Source: a virus (Duplodnaviria > Caudoviricetes). From it: 38,579 nucleotides of DNA. The position numbers and the translations under genes were made by a program. Below, piece after piece: positions 8,681 to 17,268 of this stretch; positions within the stretch are counted from its first letter, which is position 1, and each line of letters begins with the position of its first letter. The notes under the pieces were generated by a model that was given only the letters and a program-made list of their open reading frames with translations, did not search any database and had not been told where the DNA came from. The stretch covers positions 1 to 38,579 of the IMG/VR virus record IMGVR_UViG_3300025840_000087; one strand, 5' to 3'.

Positions 8681-9925
8681 ATGATAGATTTAAGAAAGTG
8701 GAGCGGTGATACCAGCAAATTGGATTCGTACGGCATGGAAATGTATGCTGCGGCTGAGCGTATGTTGTCGTCACCAAGTGGAAAAAAATTCATAGGTCTT
8801 TCCATGAGCGAAGGTGAGATCAAAAAATTTGTATCACAATTACATAGTGTAGATTCTTTAAAACCCAGGAAGAGCGGGTTTACCACTTGGATTTTACACA
8901 GGCTACCATCACTCACAAACAACGCAAGATTTGGTCAGTACGCCAATATGAAAGCAAGGGGCTGGAATGGAGAGATAGAAGGCGATTTTTGGGGATTTAT
9001 TTACCATTATGTGCTGGTGTATTATGGGTATGCCTCCCTGGCCAGGTTTTTGTATGAAGGAAGAATGACAAATTCTGGAATTAATCATAGGTTTTTTAAT
9101 TCTATGATATTTTTTGATAGGGATACCATAGAATCAATATCTCCTTATGTCACCAATATACCCTCATTTTTTACTAACATGAAATTTTCCCTGAGAACTC
9201 CAGCCACTATTAAGGTTCTCAGAAAATTTCCACGAGCATCCATTAAGCTGTCAGATCAAGAAAAATTTGATTTTTTGTCAAACGATGACCAATGCACATT
9301 TGCAGCGTATAAATGGTTATTTAAAACGTTAAAAATATCCAGGTCGTTTATAAACAAGACATTTAAAGATGTGAATGGGGAGCTTACTACCATATTCACA
9401 GATCATGTGAAATCTTCTGTGTATGAAACAAAAAGATTATTGTCCATAATACAATTTTTGGTTTCTAAGGGGGCATCTGTTGGTAAAAAAGTAGAAAGCT
9501 TGGACTTTATGACACCCAGGCAGTGGTGTGTGAAAAATGGTTCTAGGGAAGTTTTGAAAGCCATAAAATTGGGTAGGATGAAAAAAGAAAACACCGCAAT
9601 GAAAAACAGGCTACCATTATTTGAAAGCTTTGCTGGCAGCAGGTACGAATCATGGACAAGAGGTCTATATTTGAACTACGTGCAACGCAGCCTACCGTCC
9701 GATTCAAGATTCAAACTTGTGTCCCCAGAGGAATTTGAGGAAAAGGTAATAAACCACCATGATTTTCAAGACATCAAGATAACTGATTACGACAAGTCTG
9801 ACATTTACAGGTTGGCAGATAAAAGAAGAACATATCTTGATGGCCACAAAACAGTTCTCGGACATGTTTGGGTGGAAGATGATATGGTATCCCATTGGAT
9901 AAACAAAGATGCTTTTAATATGTAA
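8681..9925 (+). CDS. ankyrin-repeat-like protein fused to a tagged C-terminal domain
   Basis: IIQFLVSKGASV..TPRQWCVKNGSREVLKAI is ankyrin-like; internal MKNRLPLFESF begins at ATG 9599. Confidence 0.7.
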   Translation: MIDLRKWSGDTSKLDSYGMEMYAAAERMLSSPSGKKFIGLSMSEGEIKKFVSQLHSVDSLKPRKSGFTTWILHRLPSLTNNARFGQYANMKARGWNGEIEGDFWGFIYHYVLVYYGYASLARFLYEGRMTNSGINHRFFNSMIFFDRDTIESISPYVTNIPSFFTNMKFSLRTPATIKVLRKFPRASIKLSDQEKFDFLSNDDQCTFAAYKWLFKTLKISRSFINKTFKDVNGELTTIFTDHVKSSVYETKRLLSIIQFLVSKGASVGKKVESLDFMTPRQWCVKNGSREVLKAIKLGRMKKENTAMKNRLPLFESFAGSRYESWTRGLYLNYVQRSLPSDSRFKLVSPEEFEEKVINHHDFQDIKITDYDKSDIYRLADKRRTYLDGHKTVLGHVWVEDDMVSHWINKDAFNM

Positions 9926-10003
9926 GAATCACCCTCCGAGGTGGAACAGCGACCTGCCATGATTAGAAAGATGGCGGCAGTTCAATATATTTTAAGAATT
10001 ATC

Positions 10004-10011
10004 TATAAATA
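10004..10011 (+). promoter_or_regulatory. T4-type late promoter TATAAATA
   Basis: Perfect consensus 27 nt before ATG 10039; shorter TAAATA versions precede 8228, 14520, 15307, 16135, 18738, 19736, 20220, 22033, 27117, 34061. Confidence 0.75.
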
Positions 10012-10038
10012 GGATAAACCGTTAACATAAAACGACAA

Positions 10039-10422
10039 ATGAAAAATAAAAGATTACCACTATTTGAAAATTTCAAAAATGAATCAGAGGATTATTTCAA
10101 AGCCAGAAAAGAGTTTATAAGACTTCTTGGTGGTGTATGGTCCCCCAACAACAATGATGTTTTTTGGAGGGCAGTTGAAATAGCACATAACGACCCCACA
10201 TCGAAAGCGTTCTTTGCTGCCCAAGCTGAATATGATATAGAAGATATGGATGATTATGATGAATACACTCAAGCTGTTGATGATGTATTAAAATCAGAAG
10301 ATTACTTCCTAGAAGAATTAATGAATATGGGTGTGCTTGAAGAGTTTAGTTTACTGTTCAAACCAAACTCCAGAATGACTTTTGCCGATTTTGCTGCCAA
10401 ATATCCAGACATAATGCCATAG
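10039..10422 (+). CDS. tagged (RLPLFENF) acidic protein
   Basis: MKNKRLPLFENFKNESE. Confidence 0.75.
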   Translation: MKNKRLPLFENFKNESEDYFKARKEFIRLLGGVWSPNNNDVFWRAVEIAHNDPTSKAFFAAQAEYDIEDMDDYDEYTQAVDDVLKSEDYFLEELMNMGVLEEFSLLFKPNSRMTFADFAAKYPDIMP

Positions 10423-10488
10423 GGCAATTCTCAATTTTCGAGGTGGAATAGTGGCCTGTCTGAACACATCCGTTTGTGTGACGATAGG

Positions 10489-10720
10489 TCAAATTATACT
10501 TGGACCAAATCTTCTATCTGGCTGATTCCAGAATGCTTCGGCATCACTTGAATGCGGCATGGATGGATACACGGTATCCTTGGTTAATTCTTCTACCCAT
10601 TGATATATGGAAGTCGCTATACCTTGTCTCCTCCTATCTTTTCTAATGTCTATACTCATCTTTGGAAGGATCAGAATATCCTTCTTTTGTGAATTGCTCA
10701 AATAATGGTAGCCTGTTCTC
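10489..10720 (-). pseudogene. truncated/frameshifted tagged GNAT acetyltransferase
   Basis: GNAT motif A IDIRKDRRRQGIATSIY..AEAFW in one frame; tag ENRLPLFEQFTKE just upstream in another frame. Confidence 0.6.
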
Positions 10721-11128
10721 GCGTATCGTCCTGGGAAAATGGTCTTTGTAACGACTGAATAGAGAGGTCACGTTGGATATTAGCCAGCTGAATTTGGATA
10801 CCACCTTCTTGTCATGCATCTTGAACCTTTCCCTCATATCGTTGTATTTGTTAACATCGGTGCAATGATTATGCAGCCTGCTGACAAATGACATGTAACC
10901 CTCATCTGGGTCAATGGAAAATAAATGCGATACGATTTCTCTGAGAGATTCGAAAGATGAGTTCCTTATGAGACTGTCAAAATAGGCATTGTGTACTATA
11001 GACTTGGCATACCATTGGCCATCTACCTCATATTGATTCCCATAAATGTCAGTGATGGTTCCCATGGAGGGAACACGATCATCGATTTTATACAAGGGTG
11101 TTCTGTATCTATCAATTTGCATATTCAT
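10643..11128 (-). CDS. hypothetical protein ending in an RLPLFEQF tag; probably the frameshifted body of 11131..11217
   Basis: 161-aa ORF from the track; C-terminal IRENRLPLFEQFTKEGY. Confidence 0.55.
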   Translation of the reverse strand: MNMQIDRYRTPLYKIDDRVPSMGTITDIYGNQYEVDGQWYAKSIVHNAYFDSLIRNSSFESLREIVSHLFSIDPDEGYMSFVSRLHNHCTDVNKYNDMRERFKMHDKKVVSKFSWLISNVTSLFSRYKDHFPRTIRENRLPLFEQFTKEGYSDPSKDEYRH

Positions 11129-11130
11129 TC

Positions 11131-11217
11131 CTAGATTCTATTCATATCCAACTGGACATCAACGGGTATCACTTTTAGTTCTTTTATGAATTGTTTAAAG
11201 GTTGGTGACATGTTCAT
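11131..11217 (-). pseudogene. 28-codon tagged fragment MNMSPTFKQFIKELK..
   Basis: ATGA overlap with stop of 11214..11954; T4-like TFKQFIKE; ends at TAG 2 nt before ATG 11128. Confidence 0.5.
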
Positions 11218-11954
11218 ATTCCTATTATGGTATTCATTCTTTCCACATACCCTGTTGGTGCATTGGATAGTTGGGTTGCTCTCCTCCTACTATATGCCAT
11301 ACTACCAATCTTCCACTCCCATTTCACCACATCTTCTATGACAGATGGGGATACACCCATTTTAGACAAGAATTCCCTCAGGTATAATGGACTCATGGTG
11401 AAAAATCCAAAATGCCCCAAATCAGAATCTTTTTTGAAGTTGATTTCCATGAATCTGGTCCATTTATTTTCAAAATCACGCACACTTGACAATTCTGATA
11501 CTAGCTTTATGGTGGTGAGGTATTTTCTTGAGATACCATCTTTTTTTGATAATAAAGTGAGATAATAAAGGATGGTATTTTGCAGACAGTTGTATCTTCC
11601 ACCACCAACTATGTGGTTTATTTCAGGTAAATCCCCTTCCAGTCTTGCCCAATCTGAATGTGTGTTCAAGAGTTTCAAACATGTTCTTATGTGATCCAGT
11701 TTAACTCCCCAATGCTTGCCCATATAAATCGAACGTTCCAATATGAGCGATAAAAGATTGTGATTAGCATTGTCTCCAGCGAAAGTCACATTGATGTGGT
11801 CAGCTTCATGAGATAACCCCCAGTGGCTATTGTATTTCTCTATAAAGTCTGGGAATGTGCTTGGGGATTCAGCTAGGAGTTTTATCGTATCTTCACTAAG
11901 ATCAAAGTTGTATTGGTGGTAATTTTCAAGTAATGGAAGTCTATTTCTTTTCAT
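11214..11954 (-). CDS. tagged (RLPLLENY) helical protein, paralog of 1..735
   Basis: MKRNRLPLLENY; shared C-terminal block with 1..735. Confidence 0.75.
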   Translation of the reverse strand: MKRNRLPLLENYHQYNFDLSEDTIKLLAESPSTFPDFIEKYNSHWGLSHEADHINVTFAGDNANHNLLSLILERSIYMGKHWGVKLDHIRTCLKLLNTHSDWARLEGDLPEINHIVGGGRYNCLQNTILYYLTLLSKKDGISRKYLTTIKLVSELSSVRDFENKWTRFMEINFKKDSDLGHFGFFTMSPLYLREFLSKMGVSPSVIEDVVKWEWKIGSMAYSRRRATQLSNAPTGYVERMNTIIGI

Positions 11955-11971
11955 GATTGTTTTGTTTATTC

Positions 11972-11979
11972 TATTTATA
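11972..11979 (-). promoter_or_regulatory. T4-type late promoter TATAAATA
   Basis: tatttata on + strand, overlapping terminase stop codon, 17 nt before ATG 11954. Confidence 0.75.
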
Positions 11980-13855
11980 AGTAAAGATCAGCCATCTCAT
12001 CCCCGGTTTCGTCCTCTATACCCAGCATTTCCTCCATTTTCTCTATCCTCTTTCTGTAGGTCGGATTATCACCATTGATTTCTAACCATTCATCAACGAA
12101 TTCTTGGGCATCGAGGGTGTCCATATGGAGTCCCATGTGCATCACTGTCATCGCACAATCATCATTTCCTATCTGAGATACCACAACTCCTTTCTTTACT
12201 CCCAGAGATATGACCTCTTCTATGGTGGTTTTTTCGAAGATGACTATTTGATTCATCTTGATTGCCTGGGACATGTTGGATGCAGCTCTTTCCTTGAGTT
12301 TGTAAGTGAGGTTAACGCCTGGGTAAAGAGTTTCATTAGATATGGAGCGCCTGTATTTTGTGAAGGTATAGTCCTCCTCGAAATCGTTGTATTTCCCATA
12401 CAACTGAGATAACCTGAAAATGAATTCTTCTCCTCTATGGTTCAACTCCAGGGTTGACTTTACGTTTTCTTTATCGAAGAGGTCAACCACCAGATGGTAA
12501 AACAGGACAGATGCTTCTGGTATCTTGGTGGAATTTGATCTGAATATTCCAACCTGCATGAATTTAAAGAAATCCTTCTCCTCAGTGAATAACTTCAACT
12601 TCTTTATGGATTTCATCGATAACATGGTGAGTTCGAAGATGTTGAAAACAGTGAAGTCACCCTCAGAACCAGAGGCAAGATCAACTGTTATTACGAATCT
12701 ACGATGCTGATCCTTGCATCTTTCCAGTTCAAATTTGGGGTGCCAAGTCAACCTTGGTGCACTGAGTTCCTTGCCTTTTGCATCTAGCAGTGGCCCATAT
12801 GGCAGCTCTAGATCATCGAATGCTGGTATTTGTTTGAATACGAATTCAACTTCATTGGCCTTGGTTTTCCTGAGCTGATCTGGTTTAAGGAGAATGTTGG
12901 CGCCAGAAAGGAACTGATTACCATACTCCTGATTGAAGTCTTCCACGGAACCCAAGTCCATTATCTGGGCTTTCTTCCATGCATCATCCCTGCCTGGAAC
13001 CTGCCACCAGTCAATCCGTATTGGGTTGTAATAGTTTTGGCCATACACCGCTTTTGAGTAAATCTCATAGAACTTGTTGAGTCCTCTAGGTGTGGAAGTG
13101 AGGATGATGCGGGATATGTCTGATGAAGATATAGTAGGATATACTGTACGATAGAACTCATTGAGGAATGAGGAGGAAATTAGGGCGAATTCATCAATAT
13201 ACAGAAGGTGAATGGTAAATGATGCACCAGAGTCTTGTGTGGTGGTTTGTGCTACCAACTTACAGCCATTGTCGAATGCCATAGACATCACATTGTTGAC
13301 TACAATGCCTGGGCGTATATAAAAAGGGAGGTTTTTTATGATGACCTTAATCTTGTCCATTAGCTCTTTCACAGTGGATGAATCTCTGGAAAGAAGCATC
13401 ACATTTCTGTCCGTATTAAAACAAAGGTACCAAGCAATGTAAATGGCAGTGGTGATGGAATTATGTGATAATATGCCGTTGGTGTAGTACCTCTGATCTG
13501 GAGAATCAACACCGAGGTCAAACATCCGCTGCTTCATCCTCAATCTCGTTACCTTGGTTATGGGAACAATGTTGAATTCACCCAGCAAGTGGTCACCTTT
13601 CTCCAGGTCTTTAACATGTTTTTCTATGAGTCCAGGTAGGAACACCCTGTGATCACCTGCACATCTCAATACCACCTCGTTACCAGACCACAGTTCGTAA
13701 ATCTCAAGTCTTTCGGAATGGTACGAAGAGATGACCTTCTTTTTACCAGAATCGGTATTTGTCTCTATCCCGCTTTCCGGTGGGTTTAGATTGGAAACCT
13801 CTTTATCCAGCAGGTCTAGAATCCAGAGGAATATCTTTAATAGGAGTTTTATCAT
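11975..13855 (-). CDS. terL: terminase large subunit, C-terminal precursor (IntC + C-extein) of a split intein
   Basis: After HN: SITTAIYIAWYLCFN (helix following Walker A in T4 gp17), Walker B LLYIDEF, motif C STPRG, nuclease TVDLASG and NDDCAM; no RQxGK Walker A; ATG 13855 has TAAATA at 13896..13891. Confidence 0.85.
   Translation of the reverse strand: MIKLLLKIFLWILDLLDKEVSNLNPPESGIETNTDSGKKKVISSYHSERLEIYELWSGNEVVLRCAGDHRVFLPGLIEKHVKDLEKGDHLLGEFNIVPITKVTRLRMKQRMFDLGVDSPDQRYYTNGILSHNSITTAIYIAWYLCFNTDRNVMLLSRDSSTVKELMDKIKVIIKNLPFYIRPGIVVNNVMSMAFDNGCKLVAQTTTQDSGASFTIHLLYIDEFALISSSFLNEFYRTVYPTISSSDISRIILTSTPRGLNKFYEIYSKAVYGQNYYNPIRIDWWQVPGRDDAWKKAQIMDLGSVEDFNQEYGNQFLSGANILLKPDQLRKTKANEVEFVFKQIPAFDDLELPYGPLLDAKGKELSAPRLTWHPKFELERCKDQHRRFVITVDLASGSEGDFTVFNIFELTMLSMKSIKKLKLFTEEKDFFKFMQVGIFRSNSTKIPEASVLFYHLVVDLFDKENVKSTLELNHRGEEFIFRLSQLYGKYNDFEEDYTFTKYRRSISNETLYPGVNLTYKLKERAASNMSQAIKMNQIVIFEKTTIEEVISLGVKKGVVVSQIGNDDCAMTVMHMGLHMDTLDAQEFVDEWLEINGDNPTYRKRIEKMEEMLGIEDETGDEMADLYL
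13460..13855 (-). mobile_element. 132-aa C-terminal fragment of an atypically split intein
   Basis: Block B LRCAGDHRVF, VKDLEKGD, block F MFDLGV, block G YYTNGILSHN followed by Ser+1; block A (Cys1) absent. Confidence 0.8.
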
Positions 13856-14516
13856 GGAGTTATCTTCGGATTTGAATGCATTATCCAATTTATTTAAGAA
13901 AGGTGAGCCTATTAAAAGGTCTCTACTATACGGCTGTGCGCCAGAACTTACCCATCTAACACCCTTTCTTCCAGAAGATGCACATATTTACCAAAGGTTA
14001 TGGCACTTGGTGAATCATAGTTTCATTCCAAAACAATGCGACTACTGCGAGAATCCTGCGAAGTGGGATAAGAAGAGGAAAAGGTATGGCACATGCGGTT
14101 CAAGCGCATGCAAAAAAGCCAAATCCAGGGAGACTTCCAGAAAGAAGTATGGAACAGACCATCCTTCCCAGGCCAAGGAAGTGCAGGAGAAGAAAGCTGA
14201 AACCAACAAGGTACGTTACGGTTCAGACAACCCAATGAAGTCAAGGGAAGTGCAGGAGAAAGCCAGGGAGACCATTAGAGAGCGTTATGGGGCGAATAAC
14301 CGCCTCAGTATGGAATTGGAATCTTCCAGCATTCCGTACCATTACTTACTTAAAAAGGATGGTTATTAACAAAGGGTGAATAGAAGAAAACACACCAAGA
14401 AAATCTCCTTAGAGTGTACTCAGATAAAGCAAGCATGACTGAGCATCAAATCATGAATTCATTGGGTAATGTGAGGATTTTTGGAGTGGCTCAGGATAAA
14501 TATGGAAAATCGTTAA
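13854..14516 (+). pseudogene. internally deleted free-standing homing endonuclease
   Basis: CDYC..CGSSAC Zn finger and KYGTDHPSQAKEVQEK-type repeats fused straight to the C-terminal segment MELESSSIPYHYLL; nuclease core missing; premature TAA 14367..14369 and downstream frameshift. Confidence 0.65.
14310..14516. repeat. ~210-bp imperfect direct repeat copy 1
   Basis: atggaattggaatcttc..caggataaatatggaaaatcgttaa, matches 15084..15297. Confidence 0.9.
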
Positions 14517-14519
14517 TAA

Positions 14520-15023
14520 GTGAACATACTCCCTTTATTTGAAGACTTCCAAAAACCCTCATCAAAAGAAGGTTTTTGGGAATGGTTTAATGGTAGCAAA
14601 GTGATTGACGATAACGGTCAACCTCTAACTTTATATCATGGAACCAATGCTATCATAGATACATTCGATCACAGAAAGAAAGGGTCTAGTACAGACCCTG
14701 GCATGAGAGGAAGGGGTTTCTATTTTAGCACAAACATCAGAAGTGCAAAGAGCTATGGGTCTAACATATATGAAGTCCATTTGAGGATATTGAATCCATT
14801 CCATCCTTTAAGCTTTGATTCTCTAGAATCCGTAGCTTCTTTTTTAGAAGTTGATGTCTCCATATTGAAAGAAAGAGGCAGGGGTACTGCGCACCACTCA
14901 GTCAGTGTTTACACGCCATTTGCTGGTGTTTTTAGTGGTGCTGTCAGAGAGAAAGGTTTCGATGGCATAATACACGGGCAGGAATATGTTGTTTTTAAAT
15001 CAGATCAAATATTTATAAAATGA
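14520..15023 (+). CDS. tagged ADP-ribosyltransferase-like (polyvalent-protein type) domain protein
   Basis: MNILPLFEDF tag; FWEWFNGSKVIDDNGQPLTLYHGT, GRGFYFS, AKSYG, GFDGI, EYVVFKSDQI. Confidence 0.7.
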   Translation: MNILPLFEDFQKPSSKEGFWEWFNGSKVIDDNGQPLTLYHGTNAIIDTFDHRKKGSSTDPGMRGRGFYFSTNIRSAKSYGSNIYEVHLRILNPFHPLSFDSLESVASFLEVDVSILKERGRGTAHHSVSVYTPFAGVFSGAVREKGFDGIIHGQEYVVFKSDQIFIK

Positions 15024-15044
15024 GTAAAGGCCGCAATGATGTAG

Positions 15045-15302
15045 CTATGGTATCTTGCGGGTGGAGTTTATGGCCGTCTTGACATGGAATTGGAATCTTC
15101 TAGCATTCCGTACCATTACCTCCTTAAAGAGGAGCGTTACAGGCGAAGGGTAAATAGGCGGAAGTTCACCAAGAAGAAACTTCTCTCCAAAAACCCTGGT
15201 TTGTATGCACATCATCTCACAGAAGCAGAAATCATGAATCACCTGGGTAACGTGCGAATTTTCGGAGTTTCTCAGGATAAATATAGAAAATCGCTAAACT
15301 AG
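15045..15302 (+). pseudogene. C-terminal remnant of homing endonuclease; repeat copy 2 at 15084..15297
   Basis: In-frame LWYLAGGVYGRLDMELESSSIPYHYLL..RRKFTKKKL..LTEAEIMNHLGNVRIFG, the C-terminal pattern of phage Hef-like endonucleases. Confidence 0.6.
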
Positions 15303-15306
15303 ACTC

Positions 15307-16110
15307 ATGAAAAGAAGAATACCTTTGTTTGAGGAGTTTGATGGGGTCCGAGAAAACGTTCCTTCTTGGAGAACTCTCCAGAAACCCACAAGAGACCCCG
15401 CTATCATAGAATCCTTTCTGCACGAATTTGGCATTTCTAAGGAACGCCACAAGTATATCATAGAACCAGATGGTTCCGTTTCATTTGGTCCCATGTCCAT
15501 GTCCAAGGATATCGAAATAAAGGGAGAGAGCATAAAATGCTTCCCGATTTATCTTAATACATTTGGTGACATAAGAATAGAAGACTGTCCCAACTTCGAA
15601 TCTTTGGAAGGTCTTCCACCATATACAACAAATCTCTATCTGAGAAATCTTCCAAAGTTAAAATCCCTAAAGCATTGTCCAGAGCGCATAGGTGGTTTTT
15701 TTTGGTTGACGGACTGCAACATATCAGATTTAGTCGGATGGCCGAAACATGTAAGACATGGTTTTGTTGTACACAATCTGCACAATGTAAAAAATTTAAG
15801 GGGTATGGAGGAATACGGCATGGTGATTTCATCCAAAGCTTCTGGTGGGATGTTCATGAACTGCGGTTTTGAGTCTCTGGAAGGGGCACCTCCAGAGATG
15901 ACTGGAAGTTTAGAAGTGAAGAGTTGTAAATTAAAAACATTGAAGGGTGCTCCAAGAAAAATAAAAGGTAGATTTGATGTTTCCGATAACCAATTAACTA
16001 CTCTCAGATATCATCCGAGATACATATGGGATTCCTTTGTGTTCAAAGGGAATCCTCTGAAACCAGGGGAGGCATCTAAAGCCAGGAAATCTATCAAAAA
16101 AAGATGGTAA
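15307..16110 (+). CDS. tagged leucine-rich-repeat protein
   Basis: MKRRIPLFEEF..VRE; repeats FESLEGLP, LKSLKHCP, FESLEGAP, LKTLKGAP, LTTLRYHP, C-cap KGNPL. Confidence 0.8.
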   Translation: MKRRIPLFEEFDGVRENVPSWRTLQKPTRDPAIIESFLHEFGISKERHKYIIEPDGSVSFGPMSMSKDIEIKGESIKCFPIYLNTFGDIRIEDCPNFESLEGLPPYTTNLYLRNLPKLKSLKHCPERIGGFFWLTDCNISDLVGWPKHVRHGFVVHNLHNVKNLRGMEEYGMVISSKASGGMFMNCGFESLEGAPPEMTGSLEVKSCKLKTLKGAPRKIKGRFDVSDNQLTTLRYHPRYIWDSFVFKGNPLKPGEASKARKSIKKRW

Positions 16111-16134
16111 AAACAGTTAAATATTACAAAATCA

Positions 16135-16572
16135 ATGAAAAAGAAAAGACTACAGAAATTCGAATTCTTCAATAAGGACAAGAAAAAATCTGTAAACGAA
16201 GCCAAGTTATCTGATAACACTTATAGAGGATACCCCATCCCATTTCTTGGATTTCTCCATGAACTTAATGTTGCAGATCGTGGCCATATGATGCCAATAG
16301 ATAGCCCAATGGAGGAGATTCTGGAGGAATATGACGAGCAGCAAATGTATACGCGGGATGAACCCGAATATATGATGGGTGGCAAAATAACCCAAGAAGA
16401 ATTTGATGCCCTTGTAGCCAGCATAAAATCAGAATCGGAGTTTATGATACGGGTTTGTAGTGAAGAAAATGAATTGGACATAGATTGTTCCAAGTTTAGA
16501 AGTTGTTACACAACTTCCTATTGGAGTTTTCGCTGGTCTGATGATGTCTGCACCATCATGATTTTTGAATAG
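16135..16572 (+). CDS. tagged acidic protein
   Basis: MKKKRLQKFEFF..SVNEAK; TAAATA 16118..16123. Confidence 0.7.
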   Translation: MKKKRLQKFEFFNKDKKKSVNEAKLSDNTYRGYPIPFLGFLHELNVADRGHMMPIDSPMEEILEEYDEQQMYTRDEPEYMMGGKITQEEFDALVASIKSESEFMIRVCSEENELDIDCSKFRSCYTTSYWSFRWSDDVCTIMIFE

Positions 16573-16641
16573 ATGAAGCCAATATATGGCTCAGGTCATA
16601 CAATCGTATGAAGGAAAGTAAACAAAATAAACCAAAAACCG

Positions 16642-16812
16642 ATGGGAAACCGTAGATTTGTCTCCCACAGTTTTTATTGCAGGAGAAATAGAATAAATAC
16701 CATATCTGCATTAGATGTTGATATGACAGTTGGTAGAACGCTTAATTACAAGGGTAACCCAATAGATAGCATTTTTATGAATTTAAAAGCTAAAAAAATA
16801 ACTGGAATTTAA
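16642..16812 (+). pseudogene. C-terminal remnant of an LRR paralog
   Basis: FYCRRNRINTISAL..VGRTLNYKGNPID parallels FDVSDNQLTTLRY..FVFKGNPL of 15307..16110. Confidence 0.45.
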
Positions 16813-16836
16813 ATCACTAAACTAATAAAACAACAA

Positions 16837-17268
16837 ATGAAAAATAAAAATAGACTACCATTATTTGAAGAATTGTCTAATGCTCCTACACTCATTGATG
16901 TTGTGAATGAAATTGATGAATGGATGTTGGACGGTAGTGACACATTTGATAATAAATGGAGCCAGCTATACGATTCTGTGGCAGAAGAAATAGCCATATC
17001 TATTGAAGGTGAAGTGGAAGATGATGAGCATGAGAATTATGATGCTTTCTTAGACAACACTTTGAAGCATAGGGTGTTTCATTATGACTATATGCTGCAT
17101 GACAAAGAAGATTCTTATTACGAGAATGAACTCAAAAAACGCAAATCTCAAGAAGCAATTCGCTTGAATGCTGGCAAGAATGATATAGCAGTGGTTTTTG
17201 CTAAGTATATGATGTGGGCTTTTCAACCTCACCATATTTCGCAGGAGTTGAATGGCTATCTAAACTAA
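16837..17268 (+). CDS. tagged (RLPLFEEL) acidic protein
   Basis: MKNKNRLPLFEELSNA. Confidence 0.75.
   Translation: MKNKNRLPLFEELSNAPTLIDVVNEIDEWMLDGSDTFDNKWSQLYDSVAEEIAISIEGEVEDDEHENYDAFLDNTLKHRVFHYDYMLHDKEDSYYENELKKRKSQEAIRLNAGKNDIAVVFAKYMMWAFQPHHISQELNGYLN

Noticed and set aside
9937-10490. Integron attC sites around the tagged gene cassettes
   Set aside because: No RYYYAAC/GTTRRRY boxes, flanking repeats differ between cassettes, and no integrase is present.
13889-13990. Upstream open frame as the missing terminase N-half or intein block A (frameshift or intron explanation)
   Set aside because: Translates to ICASSGRKGVRWVSSGAQPYSRDLL.. with no RQxGK motif, stops near 13990, and is the antisense of the endonuclease remnant.
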